Assembly: GCA_964016885.1 (NCBI GenBank)
Contig: OZ024741.1
Span: 3,534,001 to 3,598,000, forward strand
DNA length: 64,000 nucleotides
Direction of reading: 5' to 3'
From: Eledone cirrhosa
Lineage: Eukaryota
Under the pieces are notes generated by a model. That model ran no database searches. It was not told the DNA's origin and worked only from the letters and a program-made list of their open reading frames with translations. Below, piece after piece: positions 19,505 to 34,500 of the stretch (positions are counted from its first letter, which is position 1; each line of letters opens with the position of its first letter). The position numbers and the translations under genes are program-made.

Positions 19505-22500
19505 TTGGTTCTACATCTCAGACCCTATCACTGTAGTTCTATATCTAAGTTAAGACCCTATCACTGTAGTTCTATATCTAAGTTAAGACCCTATCACTGT
19601 AGTTCTATATCTAAGATAAGACCCTATCACTGTAGTTCTATATCTAAGACCCTATCACTGTAGTTCTATATCTAAGTGAAGACCCTATCATTGTAGTTCT
19701 ATATCTAAGTTAAGACCCTATCACTGTAGTTCTACATCTAAGACCCTATCACTGTAGTTCTACATCTAAGACCCTATCACTGTAGTTCTACATATAAGAC
19801 CCTATCACAGTAGTTCTACATCTAAGACCCTATCACTGTAGTTCTATATCTAAGACCCTATCACTGTAGTTCTTCATCTAAGACCCTATCACTGCAGTTC
19901 TACATCTAAGGCTCTATCACTGTAGTTCTACATCTAAGACACTATGACTGTAGTTCTACATCTAAGGCCCTATCACTGTAGTTCTACATATAATTAGAAC
20001 TACAGTGATAGGGTCTTATATGTAGAACTACAGTGATAGGGCCTTAGATGTAGAACTACAGTCATAGTGTCTTAGATGTAGAACTACAGTGATAGAGCCT
20101 TAGATGTAGAACTGCAGTGATAGGGTCTTAGATGAAGAACTACAGTGATAGGGTCTTAGATATAGAACTACAGTGATAGGGTCTTAGATGTAGAACTACT
20201 GTGATAGGGTCTTATATGTAGAACTACAGTGATAGGGTCTTAGATGTAGAACTACAGTGATAGAGTCTTAACTTAGATATAGAACTACAGTGATAGGGTC
20301 TTAACTTATAATTAGAACTACAGTGATAGGGTCTTATAAGTTAAGACCCTATCACTGTAGTTCTATATCTAAGTTAAGACTCTATCACTGTAGTTCTACA
20401 TCTAAGACCCTATCGCTGTAGTTCTACATCTAAGTTAAGACCCTATCACTGTAGTTCTATATCTAAGTTAAGACCTTATCACTCTAGTTCTATATCTAAG
20501 ACCATATCACTGTAGTTCTACATCTAAGTTAAGACCCTATCACTCTATTTCTATATCTAAGACCCCATCACTGTAGTTCTACATCTAAGACCCTATCACT
20601 GTAGTTCTACATCTAAGTTAAGACCCTATCACTGTAGTTCTATATCTAAGTTAAGACCTTATCACTGTAGGTCTACATATAAGAGCCTATCACTGTAGTT
20701 CTACATCTAAGACCCTATCACCGTAGTTCTACATCTAAGTTAAGACCCTATCACTATAGTTCTATATCTAAGACTCTATCACTGTAGTTCTACATCTAAG
20801 ACCCTATCACTGTAGTTCTACATCTAAGACCCTATCACTGTAGTTCTACATCTAAGACCCTATCACTATAGTTCTATATCTAAGACTCTATCACTGTAGT
20901 TCTACATCTAAGACCCTATCACTGTAGTTTTACATCTAAGACCCTATCACTGTAGTTCTACATCTAAGACCCTATCACTGTAGTTCTACATATAAGTTAA
21001 GACCCTATCACTATAGTTCTATATCTAAGACCCTATCACTGTAGTTCTACATCTAAGGCCCTATCACTGTAGTTCTACATCTAAGACCCTATCACTGTAG
21101 TTCTACATCTAACACCCTATCACTGTAGTTCTACATCTAAGACACTATCACTGTAGTTCTACATCTAACGCCCTATCACTGTAGTTCTATATCTAAGACA
21201 CTATCACTGTAGTCCTATATCTAAGACCCTATCACTGTAGTTCTATATCTAAGACCCTATCACTGTAGTTCTACATCTAAGACCCTATCACTGTAGTTCT
21301 GGATCTAAGACTCTATCACTGTAGTTCTACATCTAAGACCCTATCACTGTAGTTCTACATCTAAGACCCTATCACAGTAGTTCTACATCTAAGACCCTAT
21401 CACAGTAGTTCTATATCTAAGTTAAGACCCTATCATTGTAGTTCTACATCTAAAACCCTATCACTGTAGTTCTATATCTAAGACCCTATCACTATAGTTC
21501 TACATCTAAGACCCTATCACTGTAGTTCTACATCTAAAACCCTATCACTGTAGTTCTACATCTAAGACCCTATCACAGTAGTTCTACATCTAAAACCCTA
21601 TCACTGTAGTTCTATATCTAAGTTAAGACCCTATCACTGTAGTTCTACATCTAAGACCCTATCACTGTAGTTCTGTATCTAAGACTCTATCACTGTAGTT
21701 CTACATCTAAGACCCTGTCACTGTAGTTCTACATCTAAGACCCTATCACTGTAGTTCTACATCTAAGACCCTATCACTGTAGTTCTACATCTAAGACCCT
21801 ATCACTGTAGTTCTATATCTAAGACCCTATCACTGTAGTTCTACATCTAAGACCCAATCACTGTAGTTCTACATCTAAGACCCTATCACTGTAGTTCTAT
21901 ATCTAAGTTAAGACCCTATCACTGTAGTTCTACATCTAAGGCCCTATCACTGTAGTTCTATATCTAAGACCCTATCACTGTAGTTCTACATCTAAGACCC
22001 TATCACTGTAGTTCTACATCTAAGACCCTATCACTGTAGTTCTATATCTAAGACCCTATCACTGTAGTTCTACATCTAAGACCCATCACTGTAGTTCTAA
22101 ATGTAAGACCCTATCTCTGTAGTTCTACATCTAAAACCCTATCACTATAGTTCTATATCTAAGACCCTACCACTGTAGTTCTACATCTAAGACCCTATCA
22201 CTGTAGTTCTATATCTAAGACCTTAACACTGTAGTTCTATATCTAAGACTCTATCACTGTAGTTCTACATCTAAGACCCTGCCACTGTAGTTCTACATCT
22301 AAGACCCTATCACTGTAGTTCTACATCTAAGTTAAGACCCTATCACTGTAGTTCTACATCTAAGACCCTATCACTGTAGTTCTACATCTAAGACCCTATC
22401 AATGTAGTTCTACATCTAAGGCCCTATCACTGTAGTTCTACATCTAAGTTAAGACCCTATCACTGTAGTTCTACATCTAAGACCCTATCACTGTAGTTCT

Positions 22501-25500
22501 ACATCTAAGTTAAGACCCTATCACTCTAGTTCTATATCTAAGGCCCCATCACTGTAGTTCTACATCTAAGACCCTATCACTGTAGTTCTACATCTAAGTT
22601 AAGACCCTATCACTGTAGTTCTATATCTAAGTTAAGACCTTATCACTGTAGGTCTACATATAAGAGCCTATCACTGTAGTTCTACATCTAAGACCCTATC
22701 ACCGTAGTTCTACATCTAAGTTAAGACCCTATCACTATAGTTCTATATCTAAGACTCTATCACTGTAGTTCTACATCTAAGACCCTATCACTGTAGTTCT
22801 ACATCTAAGACCCTATCACTGTAGTTCTACATCTAAGACCCTATCACTATAGTTCTATATCTAAGACTCTATCACTGTAGTTCTACATCTAAGACCCTAT
22901 CACTGTAGTTTTACATCTAAGACCCTATCACTGTAGTTCTACATCTAAGACCCTATCACTGTAGTTCTACATATAAGTTAAGACCCTATCACTATAGTTC
23001 TATATCTAAGACCCTATCACTGTAGTTCTACATCTAAGGCCCTATCACTGTAGTTCTACATCTAACACCCTATCACTGTAGTTCTACATCTAAGACCCTA
23101 TCACTGTAGTTCTACATCTAACGCCCTATCACTGTAGTTCTATATCTAAGACCCTATCACTGTAGTCCTATATCTAAGACCCTATCACTGTAGTTCTATA
23201 TCTAAGACCCTATCACTGTAGTTCTACATCTAAGACCCTATCACTGTAGTTCTGTATCTAAGACTCTATCACTGTAGTTCTACATCTAAGACCCTATCAC
23301 TGTAGTTCTACATCTAAGACCCTATCACAGTAGTTCTACATCTAAGACCCTATCACAGTAGTTCTATATCTAAGTTAAGACCCTATCATTGTAGTTCTAC
23401 ATCTAAGGCCCTATCACTGTAGTTCTATATCTAAGACCCTATCACTATAGTTCTACATCTAAGACCCTATCACTGTAGTTCTACATCTAAAACCCTATCA
23501 CTGTAGTTCTACATCTAAGACCCTATCACAGTAGTTCTACATCTAAAACCCTATCACTGTAGTTCTATATCTAAGTTAAGACCCTATCACTGTAGTTCTA
23601 CATCTAAGACCCTATCACTGTAGTTCTGTATCTAAGACTCTATCACTGTAGTTCTACATCTAAGACCCTGTCACTGTAGTTCTACATCTAAGACCCTATC
23701 ACTGTAGTTCTATATCTAAGACCCTATCACTGTAGTTCTACATCTAAGACCCTATCACTGTAGTTCTATATCTAAGACCCTATCACTGTAGTTCTACATC
23801 TAAGACCCTATCACTGTAGTTCTACATCTAAGACCCTATCACTGTAGTTCTATATCTAAGACCCTATCACTGTAGTTCTACATCTAAGACCCATCACTGT
23901 AGTTCTAAATGTAAGACCCTATCTCTGTAGTTCTACATCTAAAACCCTATCACTATAGTTCTATATCTAAGACCCTACCACTGTAGTTCTACATCTAAGA
24001 CCCTATCACTGTAGTTCTATATCTAAGACCTTAACACTGTAGTTCTATATCTAAGACTCTATCACTGTAGTTCTACATGTAAGACCCTGCCACTGTAGTT
24101 CTACATCTAAGACCCTATCACTGTAGTTCTACATCTAAGACCCTATCACTGTAGTTCTACATCTAAGACCCTATCACTGTAGTTCTATATCTAAGTTAAG
24201 ACCCTATCACTGTAGTTCTACATCTAAGGCCCTATCACTGTAGTTCTACATCTAAGTTAAGACCCTCTCACTGTAGTTCTACATCTAAGTTAAGACCCTA
24301 TCACTGTAGTTCTACATCTAAGACCCTATCACTGTAGTTCTACATCTAAGACCCTATCACTGTAGTTCTACATATAAGACCCTATCACAGTAGTTCTACA
24401 TCTAAGACCCTATCACTGTAGTTCTATATCTAAGACCCTATCACTGTAGTTCTACATCTAAGACCCTATCACTGCAGTTCTACATCTAAGGCTCTATCAC
24501 TGTAGTTCTACATCTAAGACACTATCACTGTAGTTCTACATCTAAGGCCCTATCACTGTAGTTCTACATATAAGACCCTATCACTGTAGTTCTAATTATA
24601 AGTTAAGACCCTATCACTGTAGTTCTATATCTAAGTTAAGACTCTATCACTGTAGTTCTACATCTAAGACCCTATCACTGTAGTTCTACATCTAAGGCCC
24701 TATCACTGTAGTTCTACATGTAAGTTAAGACCCTATCACTGTAGTTCTATATCTAAGTTCAGACCCTATCACTGTAGTTCTACATCTAAGACCCTATCAC
24801 TGTAGTTCTACATCTAAGTTAAGACCCTATCACTGTAGTTCTATATCTAAGTTAAGACCTTATCACTCTAGTTCTATATCTAAGACCATATCACTGTAGT
24901 TCTACATCTAAGTAAAGACCCTATCACTCTAGTTCTATATCTAAGATCCCATCACTGTAGTTCTACATCTAAGACCCTATCACTGTAGTTCTACATCTAA
25001 GTTAAGACCCTATCACTGTAGTTCTATATCTAAGTTAAGACCTTATCACTGTAGGTCTACATATAAGAGCCTATCACTGTAGTTCTACATCTAAGACCCT
25101 ATCACTGTAGTTCTACATCTAAGACCCTATCACTGTAGTTCTATATCTAAGACCCTATCACTGTAGTTCTACATCTAAGACCCATCACTGTAGTTCTAAA
25201 TGTAAGACCCTATCTCTGTAGTTCTACATCTAAAACCCTATCACTATAGTTCTATATCTAAGACCCTACCACTGTAGTTCTACATCTAAGACCCTATCAC
25301 TGTAGTTCTATATCTAAGACCTTAACACTGTAGTTCTATATCTAAGACTCTATCACTGTAGTTCTACATGTAAGACCCTGCCACTGTAGTTCTACATCTA
25401 AGACCCTATCACTGTAGTTCTACATCTAAGACCCTATCACTGTAGTTCTACATCTAAGACCCTATCACTGTAGTTCTATATCTAAGTTAAGACCCTATCA

Positions 25501-28500
25501 CTGTAGTTCTACATCTAAGGCCCTATCACTGTAGTTCTACATCTAAGTTAAGACCCTCTCACTGTAGTTCTACATCTAAGTTAAGACCCTATCACTGTAG
25601 TTCTACATCTAAGACCCTATCACTGTAGTTCTACATCTAAGACCCTATCACTGTAGTTCTACATATAAGACCCTATCACAGTAGTTCTACATCTAAGACC
25701 CTATCACTGTAGTTCTATATCTAAGACCCTATCACTGTAGTTCTACATCTAAGACCCTATCACTGCAGTTCTACATCTAAGGCTCTATCACTGTAGTTCT
25801 ACATCTAAGACACTATCACTGTAGTTCTACATCTAAGGCCCTATCACTGTAGTTCTACATATAAGACCCTATCACTGTAGTTCTAATTATAAGTTAAGAC
25901 CCTATCACTGTAGTTCTATATCTAAGTTAAGACTCTATCACTGTAGTTCTACATCTAAGACCCTATCACTGTAGTTCTACATCTAAGGCCCTATCACTGT
26001 AGTTCTACATGTAAGTTAAGACCCTATCACTGTAGTTCTATATCTAAGTTCAGACCCTATCACTGTAGTTCTACATCTAAGACCCTATCACTGTAGTTCT
26101 ACATCTAAGTTAAGACCCTATCACTGTAGTTCTATATCTAAGTTAAGACCTTATCACTCTAGTTCTATATCTAAGACCCTATCACTGTAGTTCTACATGT
26201 AAGTTAAGACCCTATCACTGTAGTTCTATATCTAAGTTAAGACCTTATCACTGTAGTTCTATATCTAAGACCATATCACTGTAGTTCTACATCTAAGTTA
26301 AGACCCTATCACTCTAGTTCTATATCTAAGATCCCATCACTGTAGTTCTACATCTAAGACCCTATCACTGTAGTTCTACATCTAAGTTAAGACCCTATCA
26401 CTGTAGTTCTATATCTAAGTTAAGACCTTATCACTGTAGGTCTACATATAAGAGCCTATCACTGTAGTTCTACATCTAAGACCCTATCACCGTAGTTCTA
26501 CATCTAAGTTGAGACCCTATCACTATAGTTCTATATCTAAGACTCTATCACTGTAGTTCTACATCTAATACCCTATCACTGTAGTTCTACATCTAAGACC
26601 CTATCACTGTAGTTCTACATCTAAGACCCTATCACTATAGTTCTATATCTAAGACTCTATCACTGTAGTTCTACATCTAAGACCCTATCACTGTAGTTTT
26701 ACATCTAAGACCCTATCACTGTAGTTCTACATCTAAGACCCTATCACTGTAGTTCTACATATAAGTTAAGACCCTATCACTATAGTTCTATATCTAAGAC
26801 CCTATCACTGTAGTTCTACATCTAAGGCCCTATCACTGTAGTTCTACATCTAAGACCCTATCACTGTAGTTCTACATCTAACACCCTATCACTGTAGTTC
26901 TACATCTAAGACCCTATCACTGTAGTTCTACATCTAACGCCCTATCACTGTAGTTCTATATCTAAGACCCTATCACTGTAGTCCTATATCTAAGACCCTA
27001 TCACTGTAGTTCTATATCTAAGACCCTATCACTGTAGTTCTACATCTAAGACCCTATCACTGTAGTTCTGTATCTAAGACTCTATCACTGTAGTTCTACA
27101 TCTAAGACCCTATCACTGTAGTTCTACATCTAAGACCCTATCACTGTAGTTCTACATCTAAGACCCTATCAATGTAGTTCTACATCTAAGGCCCTATCAC
27201 TGTAGTTCTACATCTAAGTTAAGACCCTATCACTGTAGTTCTACATCTAAGACCCTATCACTATAGTTCTACATCTAAGTTAAGACCCTATCACTGTAGT
27301 TCTATATCTAAGTTAAGACCTTATCACTCTAGTTCTATATCTAAGACCATATCACTGTAGTTCTACATCTAAAACCCTATCACTGTAGTTCTACATCTAA
27401 GACCCTATCACAGTAGTTCTACATCTAAAACCCTATCACTGTAGTTCTATATCTAAGTTAAGACCCTATCACTGTAGTTCTACATCTAAGACCCTATCAC
27501 TGTAGTTCTGTATCTAAGACTCTATCACTGTAGTTCTACATCTAAGACCCTGTCACTGTAGTTCTACATCTAAGACCCTATCACTGTAGTTCTATATCTA
27601 AGACCATATCACTGTAGTTCTACATCTAAGACCCTATCACTGTAGTTCTATATCTAAGACCCTATCACTGTAGTTCTACATCTAAGACCCTATCACTGTA
27701 GTTCTACATCTAAGACCCTATCACTGTAGTTCTATATCTAAGACCCTATCACTGTAGTTCTACATCTAAGACCCATCACTGTAGTTCTAAATGTAAGACC
27801 CTATCTCTGTAGTTCTACATCTAAAACCCTATCACTATAGTTCTATATCTAAGACCCTACCACTGTAGTTCTACATCTAAGACCCTATCACTGTAGTTCT
27901 ATATCTAAGACCTTAACACTGTAGTTCTATATCTAAGACTCTATCACTGTAGTTCTACATGTAAGACCCTGCCACTGTAGTTCTACATCTAAGACCCTAT
28001 CACTGTAGTTCTACATCTAAGACCCTATCACTGTAGTTCTACATCTAAGACCCTATCACTGTAGTTCTATATCTAAGTTAAGACCCTATCACTGTAGTTC
28101 TACATCTAAGGCCCTATCACTGTAGTTCTACATCTAAGTTAAGACCCTCTCACTGTAGTTCTACATCTAAGTTAAGACCCTATCACTGTAGTTCTACATC
28201 TAAGACCCTATCACTGTAGTTCTACATCTAAGACCCTATCACTGTAGTTCTACATATAAGACCCTATCACAGTAGTTCTACATCTAAGACCCTATCACTG
28301 TAGTTCTATATCTAAGACCCTATCACTGTAGTTCTACATCTAAGACCCTATCACTGCAGTTCTACATCTAAGGCTCTATCACTGTAGTTCTACATCTAAG
28401 ACACTATCACTGTAGTTCTACATCTAAGGCCCTATCACTGTAGTTCTACATATAAGACCCTATCACTGTAGTTCTAATTATAAGTTAAGACCCTATCACT

Positions 28501-31500
28501 GTAGTTCTATATCTAAGTTAAGACTCTATCACTGTAGTTCTACATCTAAGACCCTATCACTGTAGTTCTACATCTAAGACCCTATCACTGTAGTTCTATA
28601 TCTAAGTTAAGACCCTATCACTGTAGTTCTACATCTAAGGCCCTATCACTGTAGTTCTACATCTAAGTTAAGACCCTCTCACTGTAGTTCTACATCTAAG
28701 TTAAGACCCTATCACTGTAGTTCTACATCTAAGACCCTATCACTGTAGTTCTACATCTAAGACCCTATCACTGTAGTTCTACATATAAGACCCTATCACA
28801 GTAGTTCTACATCTAAGACCCTATCACTGTAGTTCTATATCTAAGACCCTATCACTGTAGTTCTACATCTAAGACCCTATCACTGCAGTTCTACATCTAA
28901 GGCTCTATCACTGTAGTTCTACATCTAAGACACTATCACTGTAGTTCTACATCTAAGGCCCTATCACTGTAGTTCTACATATAAGACCCTATCACTGTAG
29001 TTCTAATTATAAGTTAAGACCCTATCACTGTAGTTCTATATCTAAGTTAAGACTCTATCACTGTAGTTCTACATCTAAGACCCTATCACTGTAGTTCTAC
29101 ATCTAAGGCCCTATCACTGTAGTTCTACATGTAAGTTAAGACCCTATCACTGTAGTTCTATATCTAAGTTCAGACCCTATCACTGTAGTTCTACATCTAA
29201 GACCCTATCACTGTAGTTCTACATCTAAGTTAAGACCCTATCACTGTAGTTCTATATCTAAGTTAAGACCTTATCACTCTAGTTCTATATCTAAGACCAT
29301 ATCACTGTAGTTCTACATCTAAGTAAAGACCCTATCACTCTAGTTCTATATCTAAGATCCCATCACTGTAGTTCTACATCTAAGACCCTATCACTGTAGT
29401 TCTACATCTAAGTTAAGACCCTATCACTGTAGTTCTATATCTAAGTTAAGACCTTATCACTGTAGGTCTACATATAAGAGCCTATCACTGTAGTTCTACA
29501 TCTAAGACCCTATCACTGTAGTTCTACATCTAAGACCCTATCACTGTAGTTCTATATCTAAGACCCTATCACTGTAGTTCTACATCTAAGACCCATCACT
29601 GTAGTTCTAAATGTAAGACCCTATCTCTGTAGTTCTACATCTAAAACCCTATCACTATAGTTCTATATCTAAGACCCTACCACTGTAGTTCTACATCTAA
29701 GACCCTATCACTGTAGTTCTATATCTAAGACCTTAACACTGTAGTTCTATATCTAAGACTCTATCACTGTAGTTCTACATGTAAGACCCTGCCACTGTAG
29801 TTCTACATCTAAGACCCTATCACTGTAGTTCTACATCTAAGACCCTATCACTGTAGTTCTACATCTAAGACCCTATCACTGTAGTTCTATATCTAAGTTA
29901 AGACCCTATCACTGTAGTTCTACATCTAAGGCCCTATCACTGTAGTTCTACATCTAAGTTAAGACCCTCTCACTGTAGTTCTACATCTAAGTTAAGACCC
30001 TATCACTGTAGTTCTACATCTAAGACCCTATCACTGTAGTTCTACATCTAAGACCCTATCACTGTAGTTCTACATATAAGACCCTATCACAGTAGTTCTA
30101 CATCTAAGACCCTATCACTGTAGTTCTATATCTAAGACCCTATCACTGTAGTTCTACATCTAAGACCCTATCACTGCAGTTCTACATCTAAGGCTCTATC
30201 ACTGTAGTTCTACATCTAAGACACTATCACTGTAGTTCTACATCTAAGGCCCTATCACTGTAGTTCTACATATAAGACCCTATCACTGTAGTTCTAATTA
30301 TAAGTTAAGACCCTATCACTGTAGTTCTATATCTAAGTTAAGACTCTATCACTGTAGTTCTACATCTAAGACCCTATCACTGTAGTTCTACATCTAAGGC
30401 CCTATCACTGTAGTTCTACATGTAAGTTAAGACCCTATCACTGTAGTTCTATATCTAAGTTCAGACCCTATCACTGTAGTTCTACATCTAAGACCCTATC
30501 ACTGTAGTTCTACATCTAAGTTAAGACCCTATCACTGTAGTTCTATATCTAAGTTAAGACCTTATCACTCTAGTTCTATATCTAAGACCCTATCACTGTA
30601 GTTCTACATGTAAGTTAAGACCCTATCACTGTAGTTCTATATCTAAGTTAAGACCTTATCACTGTAGTTCTATATCTAAGACCATATCACTGTAGTTCTA
30701 CATCTAAGTTAAGACCCTATCACTCTAGTTCTATATCTAAGATCCCATCACTGTAGTTCTACATCTAAGACCCTATCACTGTAGTTCTACATCTAAGTTA
30801 AGACCCTATCACTGTAGTTCTATATCTAAGTTAAGACCTTATCACTGTAGGTCTACATATAAGAGCCTATCACTGTAGTTCTACATCTAAGACCCTATCA
30901 CCGTAGTTCTACATCTAAGTTGAGACCCTATCACTATAGTTCTATATCTAAGACTCTATCACTGTAGTTCTACATCTAATACCCTATCACTGTAGTTCTA
31001 CATCTAAGACCCTATCACTGTAGTTCTACATCTAAGACCCTATCACTATAGTTCTATATCTAAGACTCTATCACTGTAGTTCTACATCTAAGACCCTATC
31101 ACTGTAGTTTTACATCTAAGACCCTATCACTGTAGTTCTACATCTAAGACCCTATCACTGTAGTTCTACATATAAGTTAAGACCCTATCACTATAGTTCT
31201 ATATCTAAGACCCTATCACTGTAGTTCTACATCTAAGGCCCTATCACTGTAGTTCTACATCTAAGACCCTATCACTGTAGTTCTACATCTAACACCCTAT
31301 CACTGTAGTTCTACATCTAAGACCCTATCACTGTAGTTCTACATCTAACGCCCTATCACTGTAGTTCTATATCTAAGACCCTATCACTGTAGTCCTATAT
31401 CTAAGACCCTATCACTGTAGTTCTATATCTAAGACCCTATCACTGTAGTTCTACATCTAAGACCCTATCACTGTAGTTCTGTATCTAAGACTCTATCACT

Positions 31501-34500
31501 GTAGTTCTACATCTAAGACCCTATCACTGTAGTTCTACATCTAAGACCCTATCACTGTAGTTCTACATCTAAGACCCTATCAATGTAGTTCTACATCTAA
31601 GGCCCTATCACTGTAGTTCTACATCTAAGTTAAGACCCTATCACTGTAGTTCTACATCTAAGACCCTATCACTATAGTTCTACATCTAAGTTAAGACCCT
31701 ATCACTGTAGTTCTATATCTAAGTTAAGACCTTATCACTCTAGTTCTATATCTAAGACCATATCACTGTAGTTCTACATCTAAAACCCTATCACTGTAGT
31801 TCTACATCTAAGACCCTATCACAGTAGTTCTACATCTAAAACCCTATCACTGTAGTTCTATATCTAAGTTAAGACCCTATCACTGTAGTTCTACATCTAA
31901 GACCCTATCACTGTAGTTCTGTATCTAAGACTCTATCACTGTAGTTCTACATCTAAGACCCTGTCACTGTAGTTCTACATCTAAGACCCTATCACTGTAG
32001 TTCTATATCTAAGACCATATCACTGTAGTTCTACATCTAAGACCCTATCACTGTAGTTCTATATCTAAGACCCTATCACTGTAGTTCTACATCTAAGACC
32101 CTATCACTGTAGTTCTACATCTAAGACCCTATCACTGTAGTTCTATATCTAAGACCCTATCACTGTAGTTCTACATCTAAGACCCATCACTGTAGTTCTA
32201 AATGTAAGACCCTATCTCTGTAGTTCTACATCTAAAACCCTATCACTATAGTTCTATATCTAAGACCCTACCACTGTAGTTCTACATCTAAGACCCTATC
32301 ACTGTAGTTCTATATCTAAGACCTTAACACTGTAGTTCTATATCTAAGACTCTATCACTGTAGTTCTACATGTAAGACCCTGCCACTGTAGTTCTACATC
32401 TAAGACCCTATCACTGTAGTTCTACATCTAAGACCCTATCACTGTAGTTCTACATCTAAGACCCTATCACTGTAGTTCTATATCTAAGTTAAGACCCTAT
32501 CACTGTAGTTCTACATCTAAGGCCCTATCACTGTAGTTCTACATCTAAGTTAAGACCCTCTCACTGTAGTTCTACATCTAAGTTAAGACCCTATCACTGT
32601 AGTTCTACATCTAAGACCCTATCACTGTAGTTCTACATCTAAGACCCTATCACTGTAGTTCTACATATAAGACCCTATCACAGTAGTTCTACATCTAAGA
32701 CCCTATCACTGTAGTTCTATATCTAAGACCCTATCACTGTAGTTCTACATCTAAGACCCTATCACTGCAGTTCTACATCTAAGGCTCTATCACTGTAGTT
32801 CTACATCTAAGACACTATCACTGTAGTTCTACATCTAAGGCCCTATCACTGTAGTTCTACATATAAGACCCTATCACTGTAGTTCTAATTATAAGTTAAG
32901 ACCCTATCACTGTAGTTCTATATCTAAGTTAAGACTCTATCACTGTAGTTCTACATCTAAGACCCTATCACTGTAGTTCTACATCTAAGGCCCTATCACT
33001 GTAGTTCTACATGTAAGTTAAGACCCTATCACTGTAGTTCTATATCTAAGTTCAGACCCTATCACTGTAGTTCTACATCTAAGACCCTATCACTGTAGTT
33101 CTACATCTAAGTTAAGACCCTATCACTGTAGTTCTATATCTAAGTTAAGACCTTATCACTCTAGTTCTATATCTAAGACCATATCACTGTAGTTCTACAT
33201 CTAAGTAAAGACCCTATCACTCTAGTTCTATATCTAAGATACCATCACTGTAGTTCTACATCTAAGACCCTATCACTGTAGTTCTACATCTAAGTTAAGA
33301 CCCTATCACTGTAGTTCTATATCTAAGTTAAGACCTTATCACTGTAGGTCTACATATAAGAGCCTATCACTGTAGTTCTACATCTAAGACCCTATCACTG
33401 TAGTTCTACATCTAAGACCCTATCACTGTAGTTCTATATCTAAGACCCTATCACTGTAGTTCTACATCTAAGACCCATCACTGTAGTTCTAAATGTAAGA
33501 CCCTATCTCTGTAGTTCTACATCTAAAACCCTATCACTATAGTTCTATATCTAAGACCCTACCACTGTAGTTCTACATCTAAGACCCTATCACTGTAGTT
33601 CTATATCTAAGACCTTAACACTGTAGTTCTATATCTAAGACTCTATCACTGTAGTTCTACATGTAAGACCCTGCCACTGTAGTTCTACATCTAAGACCCT
33701 ATCACTGTAGTTCTACATCTAAGACCCTATCACTGTAGTTCTACATCTAAGACCCTATCACTGTAGTTCTATATCTAAGTTAAGACCCTATCACTGTAGT
33801 TCTACATCTAAGGCCCTATCACTGTAGTTCTACATCTAAGTTAAGACCCTCTCACTGTAGTTCTACATCTAAGTTAAGACCCTATCACTGTAGTTCTACA
33901 TCTAAGACCCTATCACTGTAGTTCTACATCTAAGACCCTATCACTGTAGTTCTACATATAAGACCCTATCACAGTAGTTCTACATCTAAGACCCTATCAC
34001 TGTAGTTCTATATCTAAGACCCTATCACTGTAGTTCTACATCTAAGACCCTATCACTGCAGTTCTACATCTAAGGCTCTATCACTGTAGTTCTACATCTA
34101 AGACACTATCACTGTAGTTCTACATCTAAGGCCCTATCACTGTAGTTCTACATATAAGACCCTATCACTGTAGTTCTAATTATAAGTTAAGACCCTATCA
34201 CTGTAGTTCTATATCTAAGTTAAGACTCTATCACTGTAGTTCTACATCTAAGACCCTATCACTGTAGTTCTACATCTAAGGCCCTATCACTGTAGTTCTA
34301 CATGTAAGTTAAGACCCTATCACTGTAGTTCTATATCTAAGTTCAGACCCTATCACTGTAGTTCTACATCTAAGACCCTATCACTGTAGTTCTACATCTA
34401 AGTTAAGACCCTATCACTGTAGTTCTATATCTAAGTTAAGACCTTATCACTCTAGTTCTATATCTAAGACCCTATCACTGTAGTTCTACATGTAAGTTAA

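Noticed and set aside
19520-19545. Resemblance of CCCTATCACTG to the tet operator and of ACCCTA to the telomeric CCCTAA
   Set aside because: Only short partial matches. The full tetO palindrome and true (TTAGGG)n runs are absent, so this is probably coincidence.
10760-19560. 56-bp unit as a dimer of the 28-bp satellite
   Set aside because: The length ratio is coincidental. The sequences share only a few short words, and the 56-mer is explained by RTE coding sequence.
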